From positions 39,809-103,808 of the forward strand of contig DAVD01000012.1 in assembly GCA_002505405.1 (NCBI GenBank): a stretch of DNA of 64,000 nucleotides, written 5' to 3'. The notes under the pieces were generated by a model. The model was not told the DNA's origin. It did not search any database and was given only the letters and a program-made list of their open reading frames with translations. Positions 38,170-48,151 of the stretch are shown here, piece by piece. The stretch's first letter is position 1; every line of letters begins with the position of its first letter. The position numbers and the translations under genes were made by a program. Source of the DNA: Candidatus Poseidonia alphae. GTDB taxonomy: Archaea > Thermoplasmatota > Poseidoniia > Poseidoniales > Poseidoniaceae.

Positions 38170-39513
38170 ATGACCGGAGAACCTGAAGGGGCGAAATCTC
38201 CCGGTCACCTTTGGCTTGAGGGGAGGACGCTGGTCCATCTGCGTGAAGACCAAGAGCGCCCAACACACATGCCGAGAGGACCTGCAAAGCGCACGGGGCC
38301 TGGTTTTCTCAACCCTGCAATGGCTCCGGCCCGAACACGCTCGGTGATGCTGCTTGCAGATGCGTTGGAACACGATTGGTTGGTCAAGCCCGGTCACGAT
38401 CTTCGCGCTCTTGATGCCCTCTGTGCAACAGGAGTGCGTGTTCGACGGTGGCGAAATGAACTTCCTGATGAAATCCAACCCCGCCTTCGTATTGCAGCAA
38501 ACGATCTTGACGCCTTCGCTCTTGATTGGTTAAAGCGCTCCCATGGTGCGTTCCCTCCAAAAATTACCGTAGGTCACGCTCTTGAAGACGACCGATATGA
38601 GCGGATACCTGAAGGAACCATGGAAAACGGAATTTTTGTCATGCAAAACGACGCCCGTATTGCCTTGATGGAAGCAGCCTACCAGTGGGTTGACCTCGAC
38701 CCCTTCGGCTCTCCTGTGAATTTCCTGGATTCGGCCATCCAAGGACTTGCAAGAATCGGCTTCCTCGAGGTGACGGCCACCGATACCGCTGCGCTAACGG
38801 GCTCAAGCGCTTCGTCACAACAGCGCCGTTACGGTGCAAAGGGAATCGTTGATACCTATGCGCATGACGATGGAGTGCGCGTTCTCCTCGGCCTCGTAGC
38901 AACTACCGCTGCTCGTCATGACCGATTCATTGAACCCGTTTTAGCACTCTTTGATGGCCACCATGTTCGTGTAAGCGTCAAGGTGCGACGAAGTAAGGAA
39001 CGGGCATCCGATGTCATGGACATGATGGGTTGGCGCATTCGTGAACCTCATGGCGGTTATCGGTTTGTTCAGCATCCAACTCCCGAAGAGGTCGAGCGGG
39101 GAAGCGGCCCAATGTGGGTCGGCCCTCTTTGGAGCAAAGACATCGCTGGTAGAATGACCGAAGAGCGTGCCCTTGCCCTATGCTCGCCGTCGTTGGACGA
39201 AGTTGAACGAGCAAGAACTTCAGGTTTGGAGTGGGACGACGCAGACCAAGAATACTCCCAGCGGGAATTGCGACGAAGTGTTCGTTACATTGCCGACGCT
39301 GCAGATCTGATGAGTCGGGACCACTTGTTGTTGCATATTGACGACCTTCCTAATATGGCGGGTGTGACGCATGCTCCAAAGTTGGAAGTCCTGTTTTCTT
39401 CCCTCAGAGAGCACGGACATTGTGCGGCTCGAGTTCCAGATATCGACCCGTTCTTTGTCACTGATGCTCCACTTGAGGCGGTTCTTGAGCGGGTGCGCTC
39501 GCTGGTTGGATAA
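38170..39513 (+). CDS. trm1: tRNA (guanine26-N2)-dimethyltransferase
   Basis: FLNPAM...R, LDALCATGVR, AND, DLDPFGSP, VTATD, GPMWVGPL. Confidence 0.85.
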   Translation: MTGEPEGAKSPGHLWLEGRTLVHLREDQERPTHMPRGPAKRTGPGFLNPAMAPARTRSVMLLADALEHDWLVKPGHDLRALDALCATGVRVRRWRNELPDEIQPRLRIAANDLDAFALDWLKRSHGAFPPKITVGHALEDDRYERIPEGTMENGIFVMQNDARIALMEAAYQWVDLDPFGSPVNFLDSAIQGLARIGFLEVTATDTAALTGSSASSQQRRYGAKGIVDTYAHDDGVRVLLGLVATTAARHDRFIEPVLALFDGHHVRVSVKVRRSKERASDVMDMMGWRIREPHGGYRFVQHPTPEEVERGSGPMWVGPLWSKDIAGRMTEERALALCSPSLDEVERARTSGLEWDDADQEYSQRELRRSVRYIADAADLMSRDHLLLHIDDLPNMAGVTHAPKLEVLFSSLREHGHCAARVPDIDPFFVTDAPLEAVLERVRSLVG

Positions 39514-39529
39514 CGCCGACGGGAACCTT

Positions 39530-40288
39530 TCATCCGAATGATGGGTCAATGTCCGTGATGTTGGTTGCTTCGGGTGCTGGGAGCATCTGTGAGGCATTCT
39601 CTATGATGTTGCGTACGTTGTCTTCAATGTCCCGGGCGTTTTCCAACAAGTCGGTCAATGGAATATCTAATCCCGTCAATTCGCCAATAGCCTCAACCGC
39701 AATAGCTGCGGCCCGAGCATCTGGATACATTGGGTTTGCTTCAGAAAGAAGGGCGGTGATGTCAATGCCCAAACGGTCACCTTCACCCAATAAGAATCCG
39801 GTAATTCCAGCAACGATGCCTTGCTGAATGGGTTCGATGTCCAAACCCTTCAACCGGTTTCTCGAGGCTTGGATTGAACCAACACCAAACAAAGCTCCTT
39901 CGGTTAATTCTTTTTCCGGTCGAACGAGCCCATCAATGATAATGAGGCGGTCGAAACCACCTTTTGTGAACCACTCAAGAACGGTGGATGCAAAGGTGAT
40001 ATCGGTTTCATTTCCGAACTGTATTTCGGAAGTGAACACGCCTACTCCCTCACCCTGATAAACACGTACAGGATGTTTTGGAATCTCGTTGTGTATGAGG
40101 GCAACGGCAGGGAAATCAGCATGCATGACGGTTCCTAATTGTTTCAATTTCAACTCTTTGATGATGTGAGATGTGGCAATGACCCCGACCATCCCTGCAG
40201 TGGTGAATCCACAGATTGCAACGCCTCCGGTTCTTGGGTCAGCATCTTGGTGCAAAACCAACGCGTACGATTGAAGATTCGCATCCAT
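39530..40288 (-). CDS. PAC2-family proteasome assembly chaperone
   Basis: GFTTAGMVGVIA, PVRVY, GITGFLL, PDARAA. Confidence 0.85.
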   Translation of the reverse strand: MDANLQSYALVLHQDADPRTGGVAICGFTTAGMVGVIATSHIIKELKLKQLGTVMHADFPAVALIHNEIPKHPVRVYQGEGVGVFTSEIQFGNETDITFASTVLEWFTKGGFDRLIIIDGLVRPEKELTEGALFGVGSIQASRNRLKGLDIEPIQQGIVAGITGFLLGEGDRLGIDITALLSEANPMYPDARAAAIAVEAIGELTGLDIPLTDLLENARDIEDNVRNIIENASQMLPAPEATNITDIDPSFG

Positions 40289-40344
40289 AGCATTCCCTCC
40301 GGTTTGCATCCACTCGTCAGCCCATCAAAAGACTCGCGCCTGAA

Positions 40345-43300
40345 TCAATCTTCCCAGACAGCCCAGTCTTCCCAGCCTTCTTCGCGGTACCACCAGACGC
40401 CTTCTTCATCTTCCCACCATTCGGTACCGTTCTCGTCCATTGAGATTCCATCGTTCTCTTCGGTTGCTTCTTCAGTCCATTCCTCTTCGGACGAATGTTC
40501 CTCCTCATGGGTGTCTTCAGCACCCGTTTCGAGGCGGGTCTCTTCAGCAGTTGCGCCAAATTGGAAGGCATCAGCACTGCTTCCAAGCATTGAGGATTCA
40601 ATTCCTTCAGGGGCTTCTTCATGCAATTCTTTACCCTCTGCCTTAAGTGAATCAAGAGATTTGGAGGCGTTCAGGTCAAGACTCTTCGGCCCGGGGCTAA
40701 CGTCTGGGGCAGCCATTGCTTCAGCATAGTAATCTTCCTCGTCGTCCTCGTCAAAATCGTCATCGAGTCTTGAACGCATGAAGATGGCTCCCCCAATGGC
40801 GGCAGCCACGAAGATAACAATGCCGATTCCGACCAATACTGGGGTCATGGAACTCGAAGCTCCATCACCTTCATCGTTGCTCTGACCGTCGTTGGTATTG
40901 TCTGTATCAACCACAAGTTTCTCCGAGAGCGTCCACCGTAACTCACCTTCAGTGCTGGCTGTAGGCGTGGTCATGGAATCGCACTGATTGGCTCCGCCGA
41001 ACTCAGAGCATGAGAAGTAAACGACGTAGCCCACACCTTGAATTCCAGGGAACAAACCATCGGATGGCCCATTGCGGATCGGCGAGAATTCCACTTGGAC
41101 TGAGGCCTCCGCAGAAATGGTGAAGATTGGCGCGCTGCCCACACCAAAAGGCGCCTCAAAGGTGACTGGCGGAGGGGTTGTTGGAGTCACTTTCCAGGAA
41201 AACCCGAGGAGCACATCAAACGGATTCGGATTGGTGATGGTGCACGTAATGCGCTCGTCGGTACTGTTTTGCTCCCATGCGTAGGTTGCAGTTCCACAGT
41301 CAATCGTTCCAGCCAGCGTTGCATCCGGGAATGTCGTTTCGTTGCTGGTGTTGGAGGAGGAGTTGGTTTGATTTTCTTCTACGGCAGGTGATCCTTCAAA
41401 GTCGATCATGACCGCCATACCTTCGGTGTAATAGTACGGAGTGAACGTGTCCAGATGAATGTGTAAGAATCCACCGTATGCGCCAATTCCAGAGAGTTCC
41501 ATCTCGTTTCCACGCACCTCTCCAATTCCCGCTGATACCTCTGAACCATTTTCATCGTTCGCAATCCATCCAACGACCATGTTTGCAAGCAGTACCTGTT
41601 GTTCGGCGATGTCTGCATTGACGAGGAGAACCGTTGAGAATGATGCGTTCTCAGTAAGGAGGATTGGCTCGACGGTCGTGAAGGACACATCAACGACGCC
41701 AAAAGCAGAAGATTGGTTGAATGCAGGGGTTAGTGGGCGGTCTATGAGTCCTCCTTGGCTTCCTTCGTATGAAACTGAAAGGGTCATTTGGCCAAGCGCT
41801 TCAATTGGGCCCAGAGTGGTGAGGTTAGGGATTGAAAACACCGCTATGCCTGATTCATTTGTTGTTTCAACGAGCGTGAAGTTATCGTTTTCACCGAGAA
41901 TGTTCAATGTTAAATCCGCTCCAACAACACCCGAACCGTTCTCATGCAAATGAGCGGTAACATCCAACGCCCCATTCTTCTTCAACAAGACATGTGAGGT
42001 GGTTTCATCGCTTGTAAATCCAAGATAGGTCACGTCAAGCGAGGTGGTTAACGCCGAGTCGTTTCTGGTGAACACTGGGCCAAACGCTGTCGCATCGTAT
42101 GAAAAATTACCAAACTGGTCGACGCCAACAACGGTGACGAAGTAAGGCGTTCCATCAAGGAGGGCATTGCCTTCATTGTCAACGCTCAGCGTGGAATTAA
42201 AGACTGAAGCCGCTGTTGTCATGGAGGCACTCATTCCGTTAAGTGAAGTGAAATTCACAGCACTGACGTAAATCTGATGTTCATTCACGGATGAATGTCC
42301 CGGGGACCAAGTGATGTCCAACGCGCCTCCAGAATCGCTGGGGCGGTCTACAGCCGTCACGTTCGGTATGTAGGACTGAGGGGGAGGGTAGGGGACGGTG
42401 ATTGAAAGAGGGGCGGAGAGATTGCTGGTCACTCCGTATTGATGGACACTGCGGACATAGTAGTCGTATTGTTCACCGGGGGAGAAATTCATATCGATCG
42501 TGAAGTTGCTGATGCTGCTTGAATAGGTATCAAGGAGATCTAAGTCTTGATTCTGGCCCACCCTGTAGATGATGAATTGAAGCAGGTCGTCACCAAAATC
42601 GGTTTGATTCTGCCATCCAAGTTCCAAACTCGTGCTGTTCAGTTGATTGATTTGCAATATCGGAGTTGGCGGTAGGGCGATATTAGGTGCGCCTTCGGTG
42701 TAGGCAATGGTGGGGTTGGAAATCTCAAAACTACCGTTTCGTGTTGAGGAAAACAGCAGAGGTACGTTTAACGTTCCTGAACCACCGGTCATCTGTTGAT
42801 TCAATACATTGGTGAGATTACGAGAGGGATGTGGATTAAGATTCACCTGAAATTCTGCATCATATGTAATGTTGAGATCTGTAAAGGTGAACATGCCCCC
42901 AGCCAATGTGCTCAACGAAAAGTTGACCGGAGACATTTGAATGCCGTATCCATCGGTAATCCACGGCCAACTGAAACTCATAGCGCTCAACTGCGTGCTC
43001 AAGTTGTTGACTGGGTCGAGTATCTGAAGCGGTGCGAGGCCATTTGAGCCGTTTCCAGCATAGCCTGATGCGGTGTAATCAGCCATTGAATTATGGTCAA
43101 CATCGTAACCAATTTCGTGCCAGGCACCTATGAACACCCCGTGCTGTGAACCTTCACCTGCGACGACAATGTGTTCGCGTATACCATCGCCATCAAAGTC
43201 TCCGAAATCGATGGACTTGGGCATGGTCCAGGGTTCCAATATTGCTGAAGCAGATGAGTTAACTCGTCCCTTGTTGCTGCCGTAAGTACGGAAATTGTAA

Positions 43301-44682
43301 GCAGTAAAGTTGCCATCTAATGTGCTCGAAATGCCATCGCCTTGGGTCAACTGAGGAAGGAGGAGCGAACTGTCCATGTCGTAATCGTGATCGATGATGG
43401 TCGCATTGGTGAGGTCCAAGAGACCGTTGTGATTCTCCTCATTCCAAGATGTAAGGCGATTTTCAATTGAGCGGTGTCCAGTGCTACGTGTGGCAATGAA
43501 ATCGAGGTCTCCATCGTTATCAAAATCGCCGTACACTGAATCCGTTCCGAGTCCATCAAAGCGCGTCACCAGCTCTGCAAAGGCCCCGTTTGGCGAATAC
43601 TGCAGTTGGATGCATTGGCCTGTGGTATCCACCACGACCAACTTGTATGGGTTCAATTCACCATTAAACCGAGCCAGGTACATTGCCGTCAAAGAGGCTG
43701 TTGTAGTGCCTTGAGGAGTTTCGTAAACAACGGCCGAATCTACGCTTGAAAACCCGTTGGACTTGGTGCTAAATTCTGCAATATCAACTCCTCCACCGGT
43801 TCGGATGGTTACCAAGTCTGCATATCCATCATCGGCAACATCTCCAATATCCAAATCAATGACTGAAGAGGGGAGCGTAAAATTGGCCCGGGTTGGAAAG
43901 TTACCTGTGGTGCCGTTGTAGATGTGGATGCAGAGCAAACTGTCCACCGGTGCATACGTGACCACGTCTTCAAAGGAATCACCGTTCAAATCGGCAACCA
44001 TCACCCGGGTAGCATTCGTACATGTTGGAACCCATGATGTGTTGGAAACGCCCGTAGTATTGGTATAACTCATGACCGTGAAGGCGGTCCCAACTCCGGT
44101 ACTTGCATTTGAGGACGAAAGAAGGATGGCGTCTGCCAGACTGTTGTTTTCGATGTCACCAATGGCCGTATCGGTTATCGGCCCCAATGGAAAGAAGCCG
44201 CCAGTCAAAGTAGGTTCAAACCCAACGGTCATTCGAGCATCGGTTATTGCAGAACCGTAAGGAAGAAGGAAGTCGGAAGTGTTGGTACTGGCTTGGATGG
44301 GCCCATTTGGTTCGATGGCTAATGCAGATGAGTTGTTTCCATCTGCAAACATCGTCTGCAATCCAAAGTCTCCGTAACCGGTTTGATTGAATTCCCACTC
44401 ATTCTCTCCGTTTTGGTCGAGGTCCAGCCAAACCTTACCCGGCGACTGGGTTGTTCCAGAATCGGGAGAGAGGAAGAAAAGAGACTGTTCGATCGTAGTG
44501 TTTCGCTCCAAATCAAACCCAATTGAGGTGTGTGTGCCCCCGTTCATGGTGATTGTTTCTTGGGCTGTACCCGTGGAAAAAACAGAAATGGTGGTGGATT
44601 GGGCGCTAGCAAACATAACTGACCAGCCAGGGCCAACCATCATCAAAACAAGCAGGGTTCCCAGAATTTGACGGGATTTCAT
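40345..44682 (-). CDS. Large cell-surface protein with FG-GAP/VCBS repeats, FN3-like domains, a TM anchor and an acidic Trp-rich tail
   Basis: Signal peptide; ADLNGDSFED, GDFDNDGDLD, GDFDGDG; TM VLVGIGIVIFVAAAIGGAIF. Confidence 0.85.
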   Translation of the reverse strand: MKSRQILGTLLVLMMVGPGWSVMFASAQSTTISVFSTGTAQETITMNGGTHTSIGFDLERNTTIEQSLFFLSPDSGTTQSPGKVWLDLDQNGENEWEFNQTGYGDFGLQTMFADGNNSSALAIEPNGPIQASTNTSDFLLPYGSAITDARMTVGFEPTLTGGFFPLGPITDTAIGDIENNSLADAILLSSSNASTGVGTAFTVMSYTNTTGVSNTSWVPTCTNATRVMVADLNGDSFEDVVTYAPVDSLLCIHIYNGTTGNFPTRANFTLPSSVIDLDIGDVADDGYADLVTIRTGGGVDIAEFSTKSNGFSSVDSAVVYETPQGTTTASLTAMYLARFNGELNPYKLVVVDTTGQCIQLQYSPNGAFAELVTRFDGLGTDSVYGDFDNDGDLDFIATRSTGHRSIENRLTSWNEENHNGLLDLTNATIIDHDYDMDSSLLLPQLTQGDGISSTLDGNFTAYNFRTYGSNKGRVNSSASAILEPWTMPKSIDFGDFDGDGIREHIVVAGEGSQHGVFIGAWHEIGYDVDHNSMADYTASGYAGNGSNGLAPLQILDPVNNLSTQLSAMSFSWPWITDGYGIQMSPVNFSLSTLAGGMFTFTDLNITYDAEFQVNLNPHPSRNLTNVLNQQMTGGSGTLNVPLLFSSTRNGSFEISNPTIAYTEGAPNIALPPTPILQINQLNSTSLELGWQNQTDFGDDLLQFIIYRVGQNQDLDLLDTYSSSISNFTIDMNFSPGEQYDYYVRSVHQYGVTSNLSAPLSITVPYPPPQSYIPNVTAVDRPSDSGGALDITWSPGHSSVNEHQIYVSAVNFTSLNGMSASMTTAASVFNSTLSVDNEGNALLDGTPYFVTVVGVDQFGNFSYDATAFGPVFTRNDSALTTSLDVTYLGFTSDETTSHVLLKKNGALDVTAHLHENGSGVVGADLTLNILGENDNFTLVETTNESGIAVFSIPNLTTLGPIEALGQMTLSVSYEGSQGGLIDRPLTPAFNQSSAFGVVDVSFTTVEPILLTENASFSTVLLVNADIAEQQVLLANMVVGWIANDENGSEVSAGIGEVRGNEMELSGIGAYGGFLHIHLDTFTPYYYTEGMAVMIDFEGSPAVEENQTNSSSNTSNETTFPDATLAGTIDCGTATYAWEQNSTDERITCTITNPNPFDVLLGFSWKVTPTTPPPVTFEAPFGVGSAPIFTISAEASVQVEFSPIRNGPSDGLFPGIQGVGYVVYFSCSEFGGANQCDSMTTPTASTEGELRWTLSEKLVVDTDNTNDGQSNDEGDGASSSMTPVLVGIGIVIFVAAAIGGAIFMRSRLDDDFDEDDEEDYYAEAMAAPDVSPGPKSLDLNASKSLDSLKAEGKELHEEAPEGIESSMLGSSADAFQFGATAEETRLETGAEDTHEEEHSSEEEWTEEATEENDGISMDENGTEWWEDEEGVWWYREEGWEDWAVWED

Positions 44683-44753
44683 CTCAAGGCCTCAAGGTTG
44701 GCTGCGCATTACCTGTTATGTTTGTTTTGTCGCGTTGAACGCTTAAATTTTCT

Positions 44754-44770
44754 AAAAATGTATCATTTTT
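44754..44770. promoter_or_regulatory. AT-rich palindrome in a divergent promoter region
   Basis: AAAAATG-TAT-CATTTTT. Confidence 0.3.
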
Positions 44771-44826
44771 CACAACATAAGGTTATGAAGGATTGAGTGT
44801 CGTTATTGGTCAAGAGGCGATTATTT

Positions 44827-45315
44827 TTGCGACTTACAGTTCAAGCCGGTGACATTGAGATTAATCTCGAAGGCGCCGCCATTCAAATTGACGAACAATT
44901 GGCTGCGGCCAAGATTGACCACACATGGACCATGCTCCTCGAACGCATCCGAGAGGCAAGAGAAAACGCACTTGAAGCCGCTGTGAATGCGGCAAGAGAT
45001 GCCGGACTGCCAGAACGAGGGTCTGCGTTCCGCGCCCTTCTGGACAATTGTGCATTGTCGCGGAAACCTGACCAAGTGTTGGGCGCCATACACTACTTGC
45101 GCGACGTAGAGGGTATTAGCGACAGTCCACCTCGTGTGGTCAACCAATTGTTTAGTGATGCAGGCATTGACCCACCAGGCAACCTCTCCCTCTACCTCAA
45201 CCGTCTGAAGGAAAGGAATTTCCTCATCGTCCCTCGTGGAAAGGATGAGAAAAATCGATTCGCAATCCTTACACCCGAAGGCCAAGCACACTTGGACAAG
45301 CGCTCCGGCGCTTGA
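44827..45315 (+). CDS. Hypothetical protein with a C-terminal winged-helix-like domain
   Basis: NLSLYLNRLKERNFLIV...FAILTPEGQAHL; TTG start after GAGGCGA (alternative GTG at 44797). Confidence 0.65.
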   Translation: MRLTVQAGDIEINLEGAAIQIDEQLAAAKIDHTWTMLLERIREARENALEAAVNAARDAGLPERGSAFRALLDNCALSRKPDQVLGAIHYLRDVEGISDSPPRVVNQLFSDAGIDPPGNLSLYLNRLKERNFLIVPRGKDEKNRFAILTPEGQAHLDKRSGA

Positions 45316-45324
45316 GGTGCTCAA

Positions 45325-45768
45325 ATGGTCATGTCCGGTGGAGGAAAAGGCGATCCTCGGGACGATGAGACAACTTCTGAAGAAGCCGAAGTGCTGGATT
45401 GGTCTTTTCAAAACAAGACCGAATCGCTCGTGAGAAAGGGGCGTCACACCGGTTCAAATTTCCGAAGGACCATCTTTGACAGGGCCGACCTAACCGAAGG
45501 GGATTTTACCCACTGTGACTTTCGTCGTGCTTCGATGGTTGATACCGATTTGATGAAATCTTCATTCGACCACTCGGATTTCCGTGGTGCTGATTTGAGA
45601 AAAGCAAGACTGAACCTTTCAAATTTTAAGAATTGTAAATTCAAGGGTGCCGACTTACGTGGAATACGAGGCAAATACGCGATCTGGCAGGGTAGCGATT
45701 GGTGGAACGCCACCATGGACGACGAATTGCGAAAGGCCCTTGCCAAAAAATGGCCAAAGCCTGAATGA
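45325..45768 (+). CDS. Pentapeptide repeat protein
   Basis: SNFRR, ADLTE, CDFRR, SDFRG, ADLRK, ADLRG repeats. Confidence 0.9.
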   Translation: MVMSGGGKGDPRDDETTSEEAEVLDWSFQNKTESLVRKGRHTGSNFRRTIFDRADLTEGDFTHCDFRRASMVDTDLMKSSFDHSDFRGADLRKARLNLSNFKNCKFKGADLRGIRGKYAIWQGSDWWNATMDDELRKALAKKWPKPE

Positions 45769-45793
45769 ACCATTCACTGCACAACTGATTGAA

Positions 45794-46543
45794 TCAGTCA
45801 TCCTTTTCCTTCAATCCGGTAGCATTGATATCGCCAGCGATTGCACTGTCCTGAATGTTGTAAGTAATATTCTGAACAACTGTGGTTGACTTTGCTTTCT
45901 CCAACTCATCCTGCATATGCGTTTTTTCAAGTTCAGCCCGAGTGACTGTTTGCTGTAAACGTTGTATTTCATCATTGACTGATTCGTCTTGTACCACAAT
46001 GACTTGGAGGTTGAGAGCCATCCGAGCTTTGGTGTTCAAGAGAGGTAACGCTGTTACCGCGAGACATAAGGACATGATCGCTCCACAAAGATACACCCAT
46101 ATTTCGTAAGTCAGCATCATAGCGTCACCCAAGTGCATTTGAGCTGAATCGTTGATGAGATAACTTCCATAAACGCCGGAAATCAGGCCAAGCACTGCTC
46201 CCGTTACACAGAGATACGCTCCGTTGATGTTCAATCGATGCAAGAGAGGCGTCCCAATAAGCAAGCAAATCGTTGCTATTGCCAGCCCAATTGAACGGAT
46301 CAGGTATCCCTTATTTGTTTGAACTTCATCTTCAAAGGCTCTAAAGTCGTCCACGGATGTTGGCTCTCCACCCTGACTGTTTGGAGTCGCCAGGAAGGTA
46401 TCAACCTGGGAATCCGTAAGCCCGCCTTGGTGCTGAAGCCAGTCTTGATAGGAGAACCCCGCCAGTAAAAGCGCGCTGAAAAAGAGGATGATGGCGATGT
46501 TCTTCGGCCCTCGCGTGTCTGGTTTAATGCCTTCATTATTCAT
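45794..46543 (-). CDS. Four-TM membrane protein with a coiled-coil and N/Q/I-rich C-terminal extension
   Basis: Hydrophobic helices; tail VVQNITYNIQDSAIAGDIN. Confidence 0.75.
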   Translation of the reverse strand: MNNEGIKPDTRGPKNIAIILFFSALLLAGFSYQDWLQHQGGLTDSQVDTFLATPNSQGGEPTSVDDFRAFEDEVQTNKGYLIRSIGLAIATICLLIGTPLLHRLNINGAYLCVTGAVLGLISGVYGSYLINDSAQMHLGDAMMLTYEIWVYLCGAIMSLCLAVTALPLLNTKARMALNLQVIVVQDESVNDEIQRLQQTVTRAELEKTHMQDELEKAKSTTVVQNITYNIQDSAIAGDINATGLKEKDD

Positions 46544-46964
46544 TATCTACCCCTCCATCTAAATGGTTGAGCAGTCCCGTTTTGAGGCGCTCTGGAATCG
46601 GTGTTGGCTTCAGCGTATCCATGTCAACACAAACGGTGGTTTGGGATGATGACCAAACAAGATCTGCGTGTTGATTGATGAAACGATATTCCCAGACCAA
46701 CGATGTGGTCCCGATATGGGAAATTGATATATGCGCTGAAATACGGTCGCCATACCTCATTGGCGCTTTGAATTCCGACGCGATGTTGATCACGGGAAAA
46801 CCAACTTTCAGTTCTCCAAGAACCGTTGGATAATCCACACCGCACATCTCTGGCCAAGTGGCTTCAAACACCCGATGTGCCAGGTCGTAGATTCTTGGGA
46901 AGTAGGCGATATTGGCCAAATCGACCATCGGGAATTCCACGGAGCGTTCAATCACTACGGCCAT
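46536..46964 (-). CDS. Acyl-CoA thioesterase (4HBT/YbgC hotdog fold)
   Basis: VDLANIAYFPRIYD, FKAPMRYGD, IGTTS. Confidence 0.85.
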   Translation of the reverse strand: MAVVIERSVEFPMVDLANIAYFPRIYDLAHRVFEATWPEMCGVDYPTVLGELKVGFPVINIASEFKAPMRYGDRISAHISISHIGTTSLVWEYRFINQHADLVWSSSQTTVCVDMDTLKPTPIPERLKTGLLNHLDGGVDNE

Positions 46965-47059
46965 GGACTTTCCAGGCGTCTCAATTCAATGAACCCTTGT
47001 ACGAAACAGGGCGTTGTATCACCCTCGCGCTTATATTGGGGCGGCTGGTCGGCCAAATT

Positions 47060-47136
47060 GGCCCTATAGTGTAGCTTGGATATCACAGAGGCTTGCGGAG
47101 CCTCGAACCCGTGTTCGAATCGCGGTGGGGCCGCCA
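47060..47136 (+). tRNA. tRNA-Arg(GCG) with encoded CCA
   Basis: Acceptor GGCCCTA/TGGGGCC, anticodon arm GAGGC-TTGCGGA-GCCTC, T loop TTCGAAT; TTATATT about 29 nt upstream. Confidence 0.95.
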
Positions 47137-47153
47137 TTCAACCATGAATCAGC

Positions 47154-48119
47154 TCAAGCAAGAGCCAAGTTACGAATCTGCTCATCAAGAAGAGCGACGG
47201 TTGTTGCTTCTTCTTCAGTGATGGTTTCATCGTAAAAAGATTGAATCGTTGCAGGGTCGTAATCCTCACTCTCAATGGTTGTCAACAACTTCTTGGCGAG
47301 AGGGGGGTAAACTGAGGCGACCTTTCTGACAAAAATGGGGTCTGTCTGCCACTCGGATGAGTTGCGAAGAATTGCAGGAGATTCGGATAGATGGTCGATG
47401 AGGTCAAAGAAGCCGCAAAGCGTGTAATGTTGGGAGGTTTCGGCTAGATGGTCATCAAACATGTCATTCCACCAACTTTGACGTGACTTTGAGTATTCTA
47501 TCTTGAAGCCGCGAGCCAGTGGATTTCCAAAAGAAACGCGCCACTTCCATCCGTTTGTACCTCTCAAGGTAAAATGGTCAGATTTGGGGTCCAAACGCCC
47601 ACCGTATTTCATGAAAAGATGTTCTGACAAGGATTCGGTGAGGGGACTCTCTCTTAACCCGTACATGGCGTACAATGCATGGCGTAGAGGGCCCATGTTT
47701 TCTTGAAGCCATGTCGACTCATCGTTCATGAGCCCCAGCAAATATGCTCCAAGGAGGTCGTATGCAGGCATTGAACCGTTGATTTGGACTTGAACGCATG
47801 CAGTTTTTGGTTGGTCGACAAGAGTTCCTTTGGGGTGGATTTCAACCTGGTCAAAAGAACTGTAATCAAAGGGGTTGTTCATTTTGTTGAGAAACCCGCC
47901 CATGTCAACACGATAGGTTGCAAGCGTTCCATTTACAATGATTCGACCAGCCTTGTCGAGAAACATTCGGTCTTGGTTTCGGGCTACGATACTGCTGACT
48001 AACTTTGCAGCCCGATTGGTTGCTTGAGCAGCCTCCAACATTTGGTTCAACAGCAATTCCCTTCGGTAATCTTGGACAACTTCACTCGCTTGGTTTTCTT
48101 CTTCATCGTCCGGACTCAT
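47154..48119 (-). CDS. Hypothetical protein; shares a domain with 24904..27273
   Basis: 321 aa ORF; IIVNGTLATYRV...ACV...MPAYD...LMNDE. Confidence 0.75.
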   Translation of the reverse strand: MSPDDEEENQASEVVQDYRRELLLNQMLEAAQATNRAAKLVSSIVARNQDRMFLDKAGRIIVNGTLATYRVDMGGFLNKMNNPFDYSSFDQVEIHPKGTLVDQPKTACVQVQINGSMPAYDLLGAYLLGLMNDESTWLQENMGPLRHALYAMYGLRESPLTESLSEHLFMKYGGRLDPKSDHFTLRGTNGWKWRVSFGNPLARGFKIEYSKSRQSWWNDMFDDHLAETSQHYTLCGFFDLIDHLSESPAILRNSSEWQTDPIFVRKVASVYPPLAKKLLTTIESEDYDPATIQSFYDETITEEEATTVALLDEQIRNLALA

Positions 48120-48151
48120 GGTTTAGATGGCCCGTAAGGATATATGAACCC

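Noticed and set aside
44701..44727. Resemblance of GCTGCGCATTACCTGTTATGTTTG to a dif site
   Set aside because: Spacing between arms is 4 rather than 6 nt and the left arm lacks TAA; no Xer gene nearby
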